Below are positions 49,266 to 59,144 of a stretch of DNA of 64,000 nucleotides, piece after piece (position 1 is the first letter of the stretch; every line of letters starts with the position of its first letter). The stretch is from Eubacteriales bacterium (lineage in GTDB: Bacteria > Bacillota > Clostridia > Oscillospirales > CAG-272). The stretch spans positions 103,487-167,486 of the forward strand of contig JBJDZH010000005.1 of NCBI GenBank assembly GCA_051867895.1, read 5' to 3'. Both the position numbers and the translations under genes were made by a program. Below the pieces are notes generated by a model. That model did no database searches. It was not told the origin of the DNA and saw only the letters and a program-made list of their open reading frames with translations.

Positions 49266-49745
49266 TCATTTGTGGTAGGCGGAGCCGCGCGCGATCTGCG
49301 CGGCGCGGTAGATCTGCTCGCAGAGCATCACACGGGCGAGCTGATGCGGAAACGTCATCCGCGAAAGCGAAAGGCGCAGCCCGGCGCGTTCCTTGAGCGC
49401 GGGGGCAAGCCCATAGGACGAGCCGATCACAAAGCATACGGAGGGATATCCGTGCGAGGCGGCTTCCTCCATCTTCTGCGCCAGCGTGGGCGAGTCAAGC
49501 ATGCTGCCCTCTACGCATAAGGCAACGACGTACGCGCGCGGCGGGATCTTCTCCAGCGCGCGCTTCGCCTCGGCGGCGAGCGCGGCCTCGATCTCCCCCG
49601 GCGACGGAGCGGCGGGGAGCCGCTCCTCAGGCGCTTCCGTGATCGTCAGCGGCCAAAGGCGCGACAGTCGTTTTTCGTATTCGGCGCACGCCGCCCGCCA
49701 GTACGGCTCGGACAGCGCTCCGTGCGCATAAATCGTTACCTTCAT
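49266..49745 (-). CDS. rlmH: 23S rRNA (pseudouridine1915-N3)-methyltransferase RlmH
   Basis: 159 aa. SPOUT-fold pattern, C-terminal SLSRMTFPHQLARVMLCEQIYRA. Confidence 0.9.
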   Translation of the reverse strand: MKVTIYAHGALSEPYWRAACAEYEKRLSRLWPLTITEAPEERLPAAPSPGEIEAALAAEAKRALEKIPPRAYVVALCVEGSMLDSPTLAQKMEEAASHGYPSVCFVIGSSYGLAPALKERAGLRLSLSRMTFPHQLARVMLCEQIYRAAQIARGSAYHK

Positions 49746-49764
49746 GTGTCTCCTTTCTCAGGAC

Positions 49765-50565
49765 GCGGTGGGAATATGCAAGGGGGTGCAGAAGTTCCCC
49801 TGCATCTGCGTTTTCCCCCGTAGCGTTCCCTGTGTCGCGCACCTTACGTTCACGTGTCATCACAAACGCCTCGTGTTGCGGGGGAGAGGACCATCTCAAA
49901 CGCCGAAGTTCCTCTCCCCCGCAGCCCTCTCTCCTTGGCTGAGGGTGAGGTGGCATTTCGCTTTCCTCCATCAAAAAACACAAGGAGCGCGTGCGCGAAC
50001 GTGTTTTTCGGGATGGGCGGGCAGAGTGAGGTCTGACGGTTTCAGCTGCACTCTGCCTCGCTGCACGGTATCCGGAGGGATGGCGAACAGGTTTCGCTGT
50101 GCTTTGACGGGGACTTAGTCCGAAAGTTTAAGGGGGGCGTGGGGGATTTTTTCAAAAATCCCCCACGTCGTTCTATCTTGCGTCCCCCCACGACGTCCCC
50201 CGCGTCCGCGCCTCGTGTTGCGGGGGAGAGGACCATCTCAAACGCCGAAGTTCCTCTCCCCCGCAGCCCTCTCTCCTTGGCTGGCGGGGATGGGGGCGTT
50301 TGCGTCCATAATTACAAAATGCAGCGAGTGCGGCATCAAAAAACACAAGGAGCGCGGGCGCGAACGTGTTTTTGGGGATGGGCGGGCAGAGTGAGGTCTG
50401 ACGGTTTCCGCTGCACTCTGCCTCGCTGCACGGTATTCGGAGGGATGGCGAACGAATTTCGCTGTGCTTTGACGGGGACTTAGTCCGAAAGTTTAAGGGG
50501 GCGTGGGGGATTTTTTCAAAAATCCCCCGCGTCGTTCTCTTGCGTCCGTTCTCCTGCATCCGCGT
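49765..50565 (-). repeat. Mosaic repeat cluster 13: two tandem reverse-oriented full cores filling the nifS-rlmH spacer
   Basis: H1 at 49878-49922 and 50220-50264. Hairpin A gggggattttttcaaaaatccccc at 50141-50164 and 50505-50528. The copies are near-identical, with a ~22-bp indel in module E. An A-type hairpin lies at ~49785-49810. Confidence 0.92.
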
Positions 50566-50570
50566 CCCCC

Positions 50571-51746
50571 TTATCGTTTGGCAAGTCTCCGGGCGCCGTC
50601 GGCGATGGCGGCGGCAAGGACGGCTGCTTCCGCCGTCGTGTTGGCGGGTCCGATGCTCACGCGGATCGTCTCGTCCGCTTCGCGCTCGCTCAGACCGAAC
50701 GCCAGCATCGCGCGGCTCACCGAATGCGCGCGCGCCGAGCACGCCGAGCCGGCCGAAACACAGATCCCCTGCGAGGACAGGTGATTCAGCATCACCTCGC
50801 TCCGCACGCCCGGAATCCGCAGACTCACAATGTTCGCAATCCCCGCCGCCGGTACGTTCACGCATACCTCCGGTGCCAGATCGCGAAGCCCGTCCAGCAG
50901 CGCTGCCCGCACCGCACCGGCAGCCGCCGCATTCACGTCCAGATTCTCCGCCGCCAGCCGCGCGGCTTCTCCGAATCCTGCGATCCCCGGTACATTCTCC
51001 GTACCGGAGCGCATGCCGCCCTCCTGTCCGCCGCCCGGCAGCGTCGGAATCAGCCGCCGCGCGCGCAGCAGCGCCGCGGAAACGTACAGCGCCCCGATCC
51101 CCTTCGGACCGCCGATCTTGTGTCCGCTCACCGTCACCATGTCCGCTCCGAGCTGAAGCGGCGTGAAGCGCACCTTCCCAAACGCCTGTACCGCATCCGT
51201 ATGCGTGACGGCGTCCGGCGACTGCGCCCGGATCAGCGAAAATGCGCGCCGCACGTCGTAGAGCGCCCCGCTTTCGTTGTTCACCAGCATCATCGTCGCC
51301 AGGATCACCCCTGCCGCGTTCGCCGCGACATAGTCCAGATCCAAAGCTCCGCCCCGCGTCGGAACGCGGCAGACCGTGAAGCCGTCCGCCTCCAGCCGGC
51401 GCAGCGCCTGCTCCACCGCCGGATGCTCACTGTCCGTCGAGAGAATCTTCCCGCGCGTTCCATCCTTCTCCGGGCGGCGCTTCGCGTACACCGATCCGAC
51501 AATCGCCAGATTGTCCGCTTCCGTGCCGCAGGAGGTGAAAATCAGACGTCCCTCCGCCTCGCGCCGGACGCCAAGCGCACGCGCAACGCGGCGGCGTCCC
51601 TCCTCGCACAGCGCGCGCGCACCAATGCCTGCCCCGTGTACCGACGACGGATTTGCCCATTCGTTTCGCAAGGCGCGCTCCATCTCGTCAACAACGGACG
51701 GCAGCGGCGCCGTTGTCGCCGAATTGTCAAAATAGATCCAGCTCAT
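50571..51746 (-). CDS. nifS: Cysteine desulfurase (NifS/IscS class V aminotransferase)
   Basis: 391 aa. YFDNSATT, the PLP-lysine motif SGHKIGGPKGIGALY, and the active-site Cys region SAGSACS. Confidence 0.9.
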   Translation of the reverse strand: MSWIYFDNSATTAPLPSVVDEMERALRNEWANPSSVHGAGIGARALCEEGRRRVARALGVRREAEGRLIFTSCGTEADNLAIVGSVYAKRRPEKDGTRGKILSTDSEHPAVEQALRRLEADGFTVCRVPTRGGALDLDYVAANAAGVILATMMLVNNESGALYDVRRAFSLIRAQSPDAVTHTDAVQAFGKVRFTPLQLGADMVTVSGHKIGGPKGIGALYVSAALLRARRLIPTLPGGGQEGGMRSGTENVPGIAGFGEAARLAAENLDVNAAAAGAVRAALLDGLRDLAPEVCVNVPAAGIANIVSLRIPGVRSEVMLNHLSSQGICVSAGSACSARAHSVSRAMLAFGLSEREADETIRVSIGPANTTAEAAVLAAAIADGARRLAKR

Positions 51747-51747
51747 C

Positions 51748-52275
51748 TTATCTCCAGCGGAAATACGTCAGGATCGCGCTGAACTCGTTTGCGTGGTCCA
51801 CGCTCGACGCGGCGTTTTCCGTAAACGTCATCAGATATACGCTGCCGCGGCGGATGCACGCCGTCTGCGTGTAGCGGTACGTGTTTTCGCCCAGCTTGCC
51901 CGTGTATACGTACTTCTGGGCGGCGACGCCGTCCAGCATCGTCGATTCCGTGGACTCAACGGAGAATTCCCGGAAGATCAGATTGAATTCGTCCTGATAC
52001 GATTCCCACCAGTCGTCGAGCGTCGTGTCCGCGTACGGCAGCGCCCATACCATGACCGAAACGCTCGTCGGATCCTGGGCGGATCTGTATGCCGAGACCG
52101 CGCCGCCCGTCTGATCGACGATCCAGTCTTCGGGAACGAACAGATCGTAGTCCACAATTTCGTCCGACGCGCGCGTCATTCCCGCGGGTACGTCCGAATT
52201 TACGCCGCACGACGCGCACAAAAGCAGCGCCGCCGCGCTCAGGATCAATAAACTCAGCCGGATGATGTGCTTCAT
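51748..52275 (-). CDS. Hypothetical secreted protein or lipoprotein
   Basis: 175 aa. Signal peptide LSLLILSAAALLLCASCGV. 1-nt gap to nifS. Confidence 0.65.
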   Translation of the reverse strand: MKHIIRLSLLILSAAALLLCASCGVNSDVPAGMTRASDEIVDYDLFVPEDWIVDQTGGAVSAYRSAQDPTSVSVMVWALPYADTTLDDWWESYQDEFNLIFREFSVESTESTMLDGVAAQKYVYTGKLGENTYRYTQTACIRRGSVYLMTFTENAASSVDHANEFSAILTYFRWR

Positions 52276-52339
52276 GGATGCTTACCTCATATTTTTGATG
52301 TTTGTATGGAAAGGGGGAGCGCCCTCCCCCGCGTACACG

Positions 52340-53218
52340 TCAGAACTGCGGGGTAAAGGCTGCGCTGGCGCTGGCGCGGTCCTGCCCGTAGCCGGAGAAG
52401 CCCAGACGGAGCGCCGCGTCTCGCACCGATTCGTACTCGAACGTGGTCACGCGGCGGGAGAGATGCGCGTCGCCGGGCGGCGCGAACTCCGGCGTGTACT
52501 GCCGCATCAGCGACAGGATCACGCTGCCGGGAGATACCGTCTGCGCGGTTTTCGTGAGCGCCGCGATTGAATCCCGTCGCCCGCCGGGCAGAACGAGATG
52601 CCGCACGATCACCCCGGAGCGCAGCACCTCCCCGTCCCACACCGGCGCGCCAGTCTGCGCCGTCATGGCGGCAAGCGCCGCCAGCGCCGTCTCCGGATAG
52701 TCCGGCGCGTCGCTGTACCGCGCGGCAGCCTCCGCCGTCCCGTATTTCATGTCTGTGAGAAAGATATCCACCAGTCCCGCGCACGCCGCGACTGTTTCGG
52801 GCGTTTCATAGCCGCCCGTGTTCCACACGACCGGGATCGAGAGCCGCTTCCGCACGGACGAGACCGCGGCAAGGATCCCTCGCGCGAACTGCGTCGGCGA
52901 GACCAGATCGATGCACGAGGCGCCCGCCTCCTGCAGGGAGAGCAGCTCGTCCCCGAGCCGCTTCGCCTCCCATTCCTCCCCGGCGAGCGTCCCGTCCGCG
53001 CGCGGATGGGAGATCGCGCGGTTCTGGCAGTAGACGCACCCGAGCGGGCAGCCGGAGAAGAACACCGCTCCCGCCGGCCCCCGCGCCGTCAGGCACGGCT
53101 CCTCCCATTCGTGCAGCATCACGCGCGCGACGGCGATGCCGCGCCCCGCGCCGCACCGTCCCCGTTCGCCCGCCTCTCGGTCTGCGCCGCACCGCCGCGG
53201 ACACATGCGGCACCTCAC
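52340..53218 (-). CDS. Radical SAM protein (PflX-like, homologous to pyruvate formate-lyase activase)
   Basis: 292 aa. N-terminal Cys cluster CRMCPRRCG...RGRCG and the radical-SAM motif GCPLGCVYCQN. GTG 53218 overlaps the upstream gene's stop (GTGA); the alternative is ATG 53206. Confidence 0.8.
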   Translation of the reverse strand: MRCRMCPRRCGADREAGERGRCGAGRGIAVARVMLHEWEEPCLTARGPAGAVFFSGCPLGCVYCQNRAISHPRADGTLAGEEWEAKRLGDELLSLQEAGASCIDLVSPTQFARGILAAVSSVRKRLSIPVVWNTGGYETPETVAACAGLVDIFLTDMKYGTAEAAARYSDAPDYPETALAALAAMTAQTGAPVWDGEVLRSGVIVRHLVLPGGRRDSIAALTKTAQTVSPGSVILSLMRQYTPEFAPPGDAHLSRRVTTFEYESVRDAALRLGFSGYGQDRASASAAFTPQF

Positions 53219-55959
53219 GGCGTCACCTGCGCGGCAAGCGCCGCGAATGCATCCGGCGAAATGCGCACGACGGTGTAGCCGCCCGCCCGGTCTGTGACCT
53301 CAATATACAGCGGGGAGGTGCCGTCGTACTGCGTCACGTCAAACGTAACGGCTGCCTTTTTCTTTCCCGCCGGCGATTCCGCGTTCGCGTCGGCGCGGGG
53401 GAATGTGTAGATCGCGTCGTAGGCGGAGATGCTCAGGAGCGCCTCGTTGTCCGCCGCTGTCACGTCCAGAAGGAGCCGTTCCCCGTCGCGGCGCACCTCC
53501 GTCTGCCCCACGCGCGGCAGAACGGAATCCACCGTGAACGTAAAGCCGAGAAACTGCACCGCGTCCGTGTCCGGCGGAAAGAAGGAGGAAAGACGGATCT
53601 CGCAGGAGTATTCCCCGTCGGGGAACAGATAATCCGCGTTGTCCGCCGCGATGAAGTCCCAAAGCGGAATCACCGCCTCGCCGCCGCGGAGGTATTTCGA
53701 AGCGCCGTCCGTCTCGCGGGAGAACACGAGGCGCCGCTCACTGTCGTAAAAGGAGATCTGTATGGAATCGATGTCGCGCAGCGCGCACAGATGCAGCTCC
53801 ACCCAGCCGTAGCGCAGCGAGGCGGGGTCGACAAGATTGTACGATGCATCCCAGAGCGTCTGTCCGCCGAGCACATACGGGTCGGCGGTCCCAAGGGAGA
53901 GCGCCGATTCATTCTCTCCGTCGAAGCGGCGGATATGCAGCGTCGCGGGTGCGAACACCGCCTCCTCCCCCGTATAGGCGGAGGGATCGGCGAGGGGCGC
54001 ACTTGCCCAGTCGCCGAAGAACGCCGTGAACGGATGCGTCTCCGTCTCCCCGCCGTCGCTCAGTTCCAGAACGCCGTCCGCGTAAAAGCCGTTCCAGAAT
54101 ACGGACAGAAGACGCCTCTGCACCGTCTCCGGGATCGTCAGCCGGAGGCGGATGCTGATCGTGCGGTGCGCACCGATGGTGACCATGGCGGGCGTATAGC
54201 TGCCGCCGTTTGCGCATATGTTGACACCGGAATCGCCGACGTACATCCGCGCCCCGGCAATCGGCTCGCTTTCTCCGTTTAGGAGGTTCTTCCCGTCCGT
54301 CTCTGTGTATCCGTCGCCGTACACGCGCGCGCACAGCGAATAGCGCTTGGCGGTGTCCGTTTCATTCGTTATGCGGACAGAGAAAGAGATCGTCGAATAG
54401 CGCGAGGATCCGAGTACGGAGACCGCCCGCCCCTCCGCGGAGGAGAGAAGCGTCTGTGCGTATTCGCCTTTCCCCGAGACAATGCCCGCTCCCACCAGGC
54501 GCGGCGGGAGCGTATCCCCGTCCCCGTCGCGCGCTGCACGGGCGGCGGACACGCACAAGGAGAGCGCCTCCGAAGCGGGAAGAGAGGCGCGGGTGCAGTA
54601 TTCAGCGGCGCGCGCAATATACCCGGCGGCGGCCGCCGCGGCGTAATAGGAGCCGGTAACGGCGGCGTACAATGCGCCGTCCTTTCCGGCAGCGGCGGGA
54701 ATGGCGGCGCGCACACCCTCCCCTGCGCACAGGAATGCCGGCGTGCGGCTGAGCGCACGGTTCAGCCCCGAGGCGCTGTATGCGGACGCGCCGTCCTTTC
54801 CTTCCCGGAAAACGGCAGTCAGTACCGCGGCGCTGCCGCGCAGAAGCTTTCCGCTCTCCTGATCTACCATGACGGCGGGAATGGGCGCTCCGTCGAGCGC
54901 CATGCGGGAGACGCCGTTCCCCGCGTCCACGACGATCATCGCGGCTGCGCCCGCTGCTGCTGCTGCCTGCGCCTTCTCGGTGAAGGTGATCTCCCCGCGG
55001 GAGACGACCGCGATCGCACCGGTGCAGTCCAGGGAGGCGTAGTCCTCCTCCCGTCCCATGCCGGGCACCGGGACGAGGGGCAGCTCCTGCCCCGCCATCA
55101 GCGCGGCAAAGGACGCGCCGAAATACTCCGTGCAGGAATCCGTATAGGTGATCTCCTGCGGCTCCGCGCCGGGGGAGACGAGTGAAAACGACGAAATTCC
55201 GGCAAACGGGTCGGCGGCGATGCCGACGAGGGTCAGCGATTCGATGGCGGAATAGTCGGCGAGCGTGCCGCGGTCCGTGCAGGTGACGGGCAGCTTCGCC
55301 TTGGACGCAGCGGCGCCGATCTCACCCGTGCCCGCGAGCACGGGTACGCCTGCCGTCTCCGCCTCTCTGAGTGCCTCCAGGAGTGCGTCATTGGGAGACA
55401 GGGACGCGAAATTCACCAGAATCGCGCATGCGCCGAGTTGGAGCGCGTCGCGGATGGCGGCAGCCGCCGCGTCCGCGTCCAGCCGGATGGAATTGTCCTT
55501 TGCCGCCTTGAAGAGCAGCAGCTGCGCGTCCGGCGCCGCGCCGGTGAAGCCGGGGACGCGGACGACAGTGCCGTCGTCGCCCGCCGATGCGGCTGTATCG
55601 GGGGCATGTCCGGCGGCAAGAGAGGAAGCCGCCGTGCCGGTGAAGGAGGTGTTGGATACGTCCGCGTCCCCGCAGGCATAGTCGTAGGCAGCGGGGATCT
55701 TTTCACTGACGTAGCAGTCCCTGCCGCACGCTTCGGCAACCGCCTCCCGGGTGAGGCGCGCCGCAGCGGGCGCGCAGGAGAACGCCGGATGCGTCACGTC
55801 GAAGCCCGCGTCCACCACGGCGATGACGGCTGTGCGCCCGCTGTAGTCGGAGACGGAGCGGGACGGCTCCTCCGGCACGGCAAAGACGGCGGCGGGAAAA
55901 GCGAGGAGCGCGGCAAGGAGCGCCGACGCGGCTTTCTTACAGATATTCAAGATCGTCAT
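53215..55959 (-). CDS. Secreted subtilase (S8)-like protein with degenerate catalytic motifs, a probable pseudo-protease paralog
   Basis: 914 aa. Signal peptide. Collinear with the neighbouring S8 peptidase (Asp motif VVDAGFDVTHPAF retained), but HGTH becomes FTGT, GNDG becomes GTGE, and GTSMASP becomes TGSYYAA. A PA-domain-like insert is present. Confidence 0.7.
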   Translation of the reverse strand: MTILNICKKAASALLAALLAFPAAVFAVPEEPSRSVSDYSGRTAVIAVVDAGFDVTHPAFSCAPAAARLTREAVAEACGRDCYVSEKIPAAYDYACGDADVSNTSFTGTAASSLAAGHAPDTAASAGDDGTVVRVPGFTGAAPDAQLLLFKAAKDNSIRLDADAAAAAIRDALQLGACAILVNFASLSPNDALLEALREAETAGVPVLAGTGEIGAAASKAKLPVTCTDRGTLADYSAIESLTLVGIAADPFAGISSFSLVSPGAEPQEITYTDSCTEYFGASFAALMAGQELPLVPVPGMGREEDYASLDCTGAIAVVSRGEITFTEKAQAAAAAGAAAMIVVDAGNGVSRMALDGAPIPAVMVDQESGKLLRGSAAVLTAVFREGKDGASAYSASGLNRALSRTPAFLCAGEGVRAAIPAAAGKDGALYAAVTGSYYAAAAAAGYIARAAEYCTRASLPASEALSLCVSAARAARDGDGDTLPPRLVGAGIVSGKGEYAQTLLSSAEGRAVSVLGSSRYSTISFSVRITNETDTAKRYSLCARVYGDGYTETDGKNLLNGESEPIAGARMYVGDSGVNICANGGSYTPAMVTIGAHRTISIRLRLTIPETVQRRLLSVFWNGFYADGVLELSDGGETETHPFTAFFGDWASAPLADPSAYTGEEAVFAPATLHIRRFDGENESALSLGTADPYVLGGQTLWDASYNLVDPASLRYGWVELHLCALRDIDSIQISFYDSERRLVFSRETDGASKYLRGGEAVIPLWDFIAADNADYLFPDGEYSCEIRLSSFFPPDTDAVQFLGFTFTVDSVLPRVGQTEVRRDGERLLLDVTAADNEALLSISAYDAIYTFPRADANAESPAGKKKAAVTFDVTQYDGTSPLYIEVTDRAGGYTVVRISPDAFAALAAQVTP

Positions 55960-55970
55960 ACCTCCGCAAA

Positions 55971-58946
55971 TCAGTCCAGGTACAGCCGGAGGACGGTGAG
56001 ATTTCCGGCATAGTCCTCGGCGCTGACGTATACGTAGGACGCGCCCTGCGGCAGCGCCGCTTCGATATACGCTTCGTGTACGCCCTCTTCATAGGCGGGC
56101 GACACGCGCACGTCGAGAAGGTATTTTTCTTCCTCGGGCGCGTTCCGGTCCGCCGCCGGATCGGGCAGATACACGCGCAGCTGCCGCAGATAATGGTTGT
56201 CCGTGAAGCGCGCACGCACGGTTTTGTCATCGGCGGAGCATTCCGACGCGCGGGGACGCTCCGTATCGACGAGCAGCGGTACGGTGAGAATCTGCTGTCC
56301 GCCGGAGAAGGAGGTGAACGTCACGCGGACGGAGTACAGTCCGTCCTCCCAGGAGAAGTGGTCGTTCAGTCCGTCGCTGCCGTCCCAGAGCGGGAGCAGC
56401 GCGGGGACGGGCCGTCCGTCCTCCACGGCGGTCTTGAGCAGATCGAATTCGACGTTTTCATATACGAGCTGTCCGTCGGGGGCATAGACCTCGACGGATG
56501 CCTCGGCGATATTGCGATGGGGGAACAGCTCCCAGACGGTGTCGTCCGCGCGCCTGTCCCCGTTCGGGGAGAAGGCGAAGAGTACGGAAAACACGCCGTC
56601 CTCCGTTTCGCCCGCGGTGTCCGTGACGCCGCGCACCGTGCGGAGGATGAGCTGCCCGCCGTAGTAGCTTTCATAGCCGTCCCAGTCCCCGCCGTCGAGC
56701 ATGGGCGCGTCTGCCCAGCGTCCTGCGAAGGCGAGAAACGGAAGGGACGCCGCGTGTTCCCCGTTTTCGTACCGGGCGATGACGAAGCCCTCAAGGTAGA
56801 AGCCGTTCGGGAAGAGCTTGGCGAGCGAGGCGAAGTATTCCGCGTCGGCGGAGAGGGTCAGCGATACCTCCAGCGTGCCGCCCGCAGGTACGGTGCAGAG
56901 GACGCCCGCGTCCGTGACGGAGACGCCCGCGTCCGGCGCCGCGTCGAGCGTGGCGGGCACCGCTTTCGAGGCGCCGGTCGTGTAGAATACGCCGTCGCGC
57001 AGCTCTGTTTCATCAGTCAGCAGAGGAGCCGTGAGCAAAAGCCGCTGCGGCTCGTCCGTTTCGTTCGTCAGCCGGACGGGGAGGCGCAGAACACCCGCGC
57101 ACCGGTCGCCGGGCTGGAAGGAGAACGCGTTCTCCGGCGCGCTCATCACGATGCCGGCGTCCCAGGAGCGGAGCACGCCCGCGCCCTGCGCGCGGGGAGA
57201 AACAGGCAGACCGGATTCATCCGTCAGCACCTCGGCGTATGAGGCGAAGCGGCGGCGCACCTCTCCTGCGCGGCTGCTTGCCGGCAGGGCGGACAGCTCT
57301 TCGCGGTGGAGAGAGATGTAGACTGCCGCCGCGCCGCTGATCTGCGGGGACGCCATGGAGGTGCCGTTCATGACGGCATAGCCGCCGCCAGGCACGGCGG
57401 AAACGACGGAGACGCCGACGGCACAGATGTCCGGCTTCAGGAGGAGATCGGAGACCGGTCCCCAAGACGAGAAGGAGGCGATGCCGCCCGCTGCGGCAGC
57501 AAAGGCGCCGTTTTTGTCGGAGATATGTACGTTGACGCCGTCCCGCGCGGCGAGAAAGGCGCCGTCATGCGCGGCGACGGAGACAGCGGGGATGGCGGGC
57601 GCTTCGCCGATGCTCATCAGAAACGGCTCGCCGTCCGCCGCGTCGTATACGATCACGCCGGCGGCTCCCGCCGCGGCGGCGTTGGCGATCTTTTCGGCAA
57701 AGGAGATCTCGCCGCGCGCGATGAGCGCCAGAGCGTTCTGTGCGTCCGTCTGCGCGAAATCCTCCGCTGTTCCGACGCCCGGCACGACAGCGAGGCGGAA
57801 GCTCTTCCCGCCGAGCACGTCGGCGAACGCGGGCGCGGTGCCCTCGGATGCCTCGTAGGTTTCATCATAGACGATACGCCGCCCGTCCGCATCGAGATAG
57901 CCGGCGTAGACGACGGAGTTTGACGCCGCGCCGACGGAGAAGGCGAAGGGAAGCGCGGCAGGCTCGCTCGGCAGACCGTAGTCCGGGTCAGAGGCGCGCG
58001 CCAGATCGGAGTGGAGCCCCATCGCGCCTGCGCGACCGTCGTTTCCGGCGGCGCACACGACGAGCGCGCCCGCCTCCTCCGCGCGGCGGAGGGCGTTTGC
58101 GAGCTGGCGCATGGAGCAGTATTCGCTTGTATAGGCGAGGGAGCCGAGGCTCAGGTTGATGACGTCCGCGCCGAGACGCACCGCGTCCTCAACAGCGAGG
58201 ATGAGCGCGTGCTCGCGGCACGATTTGCCCGCGTCGTCAAATACCTTCATCAGAGCGAGCTGCGCGCCGGGCGCAGTGCCCATGAGCGCGCCACCCTCCG
58301 CGACGGAGGCGGCGGCAGCTGCGGCGACGTGCGTTCCGTGCGCGGAGCTCCCGCTCACATCCGCGTCGCTGTTCGCGTAATCGTAGGCGAAGGGGATCTT
58401 CGATGAGTGATAGACGGCGCGGATATTCTCGCGTCCCTCGCGGTAGACGGCATAGGTATCCGTGACCGCCTCGCCGAAATTTTCCTCCGTGATCGCGGGG
58501 GAGACGGAAGCAGGCAGAGCGAAGGCGGGATGCTCCGTGTCAAAGCAGGTGTCCAGCACGGCGATCAGCGTTCCTTCGCCCGCGTTTTCCTCCGCGGCGC
58601 GCAGGACGAGGTCGTCCCGGGACAGCTCCGGGGTATCTGCCGCCTGCGCGTCGCCGGAGGGCGCGCAGAAGGAGGCGGAAACGCTGACGTCCGTCACGCC
58701 GGGCAGAGCGCGCAGCGTATCGGCGGCGCGCGCGGCGGAGGCGGCGGGGACGGAGACGGCGGCGGCATCGATCAGGGAATATGTACAGAGCAGGGACGCC
58801 CCCGGGACGGCGGAGAGCAGCTCGGCGGGATCCCGGTCCGTTTCCACGAGAAGGACGGTTTCGCCGTGGGCGGGCGCGGCGGCGGAGACGGCGGGGAGCA
58901 GCAGCGCGAGCGTGAGCACGGCGGCAGCAATGCGGCGCATAAGCAT
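55971..58946 (-). CDS. Secreted S8-family serine peptidase (subtilisin/C5a-peptidase-like, with PA domain)
   Basis: ~991 aa from MLMRRIAAAVLTLALLLPAVSAA. Catalytic motifs VLDTCFDTEHPAF (Asp), SSAHGTHVAA (His), AAGNDG (Asn) and NGTSMASPQISGAAA (Ser). The track start at 58979 is upstream of the signal peptide. Confidence 0.85.
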   Translation of the reverse strand: MLMRRIAAAVLTLALLLPAVSAAAPAHGETVLLVETDRDPAELLSAVPGASLLCTYSLIDAAAVSVPAASAARAADTLRALPGVTDVSVSASFCAPSGDAQAADTPELSRDDLVLRAAEENAGEGTLIAVLDTCFDTEHPAFALPASVSPAITEENFGEAVTDTYAVYREGRENIRAVYHSSKIPFAYDYANSDADVSGSSAHGTHVAAAAAASVAEGGALMGTAPGAQLALMKVFDDAGKSCREHALILAVEDAVRLGADVINLSLGSLAYTSEYCSMRQLANALRRAEEAGALVVCAAGNDGRAGAMGLHSDLARASDPDYGLPSEPAALPFAFSVGAASNSVVYAGYLDADGRRIVYDETYEASEGTAPAFADVLGGKSFRLAVVPGVGTAEDFAQTDAQNALALIARGEISFAEKIANAAAAGAAGVIVYDAADGEPFLMSIGEAPAIPAVSVAAHDGAFLAARDGVNVHISDKNGAFAAAAGGIASFSSWGPVSDLLLKPDICAVGVSVVSAVPGGGYAVMNGTSMASPQISGAAAVYISLHREELSALPASSRAGEVRRRFASYAEVLTDESGLPVSPRAQGAGVLRSWDAGIVMSAPENAFSFQPGDRCAGVLRLPVRLTNETDEPQRLLLTAPLLTDETELRDGVFYTTGASKAVPATLDAAPDAGVSVTDAGVLCTVPAGGTLEVSLTLSADAEYFASLAKLFPNGFYLEGFVIARYENGEHAASLPFLAFAGRWADAPMLDGGDWDGYESYYGGQLILRTVRGVTDTAGETEDGVFSVLFAFSPNGDRRADDTVWELFPHRNIAEASVEVYAPDGQLVYENVEFDLLKTAVEDGRPVPALLPLWDGSDGLNDHFSWEDGLYSVRVTFTSFSGGQQILTVPLLVDTERPRASECSADDKTVRARFTDNHYLRQLRVYLPDPAADRNAPEEEKYLLDVRVSPAYEEGVHEAYIEAALPQGASYVYVSAEDYAGNLTVLRLYLD

Positions 58947-59144
58947 GGTGGAGATCCTTTTTTCGGGCAGAAAAATCATATGCCTACATTATAACGGATA
59001 CGCGTGCCGAAAACAAGGCGTATCCTGTGAACACGCGCCGAAATTATGTGCAAAATTCACGAAACTTCTTGCAAAGGAATCCGCTTTATGGTACACTGAT
59101 TCCGTACACCGAAAATTTTCCTCAGATTATAAAAGGAGCCGCAT

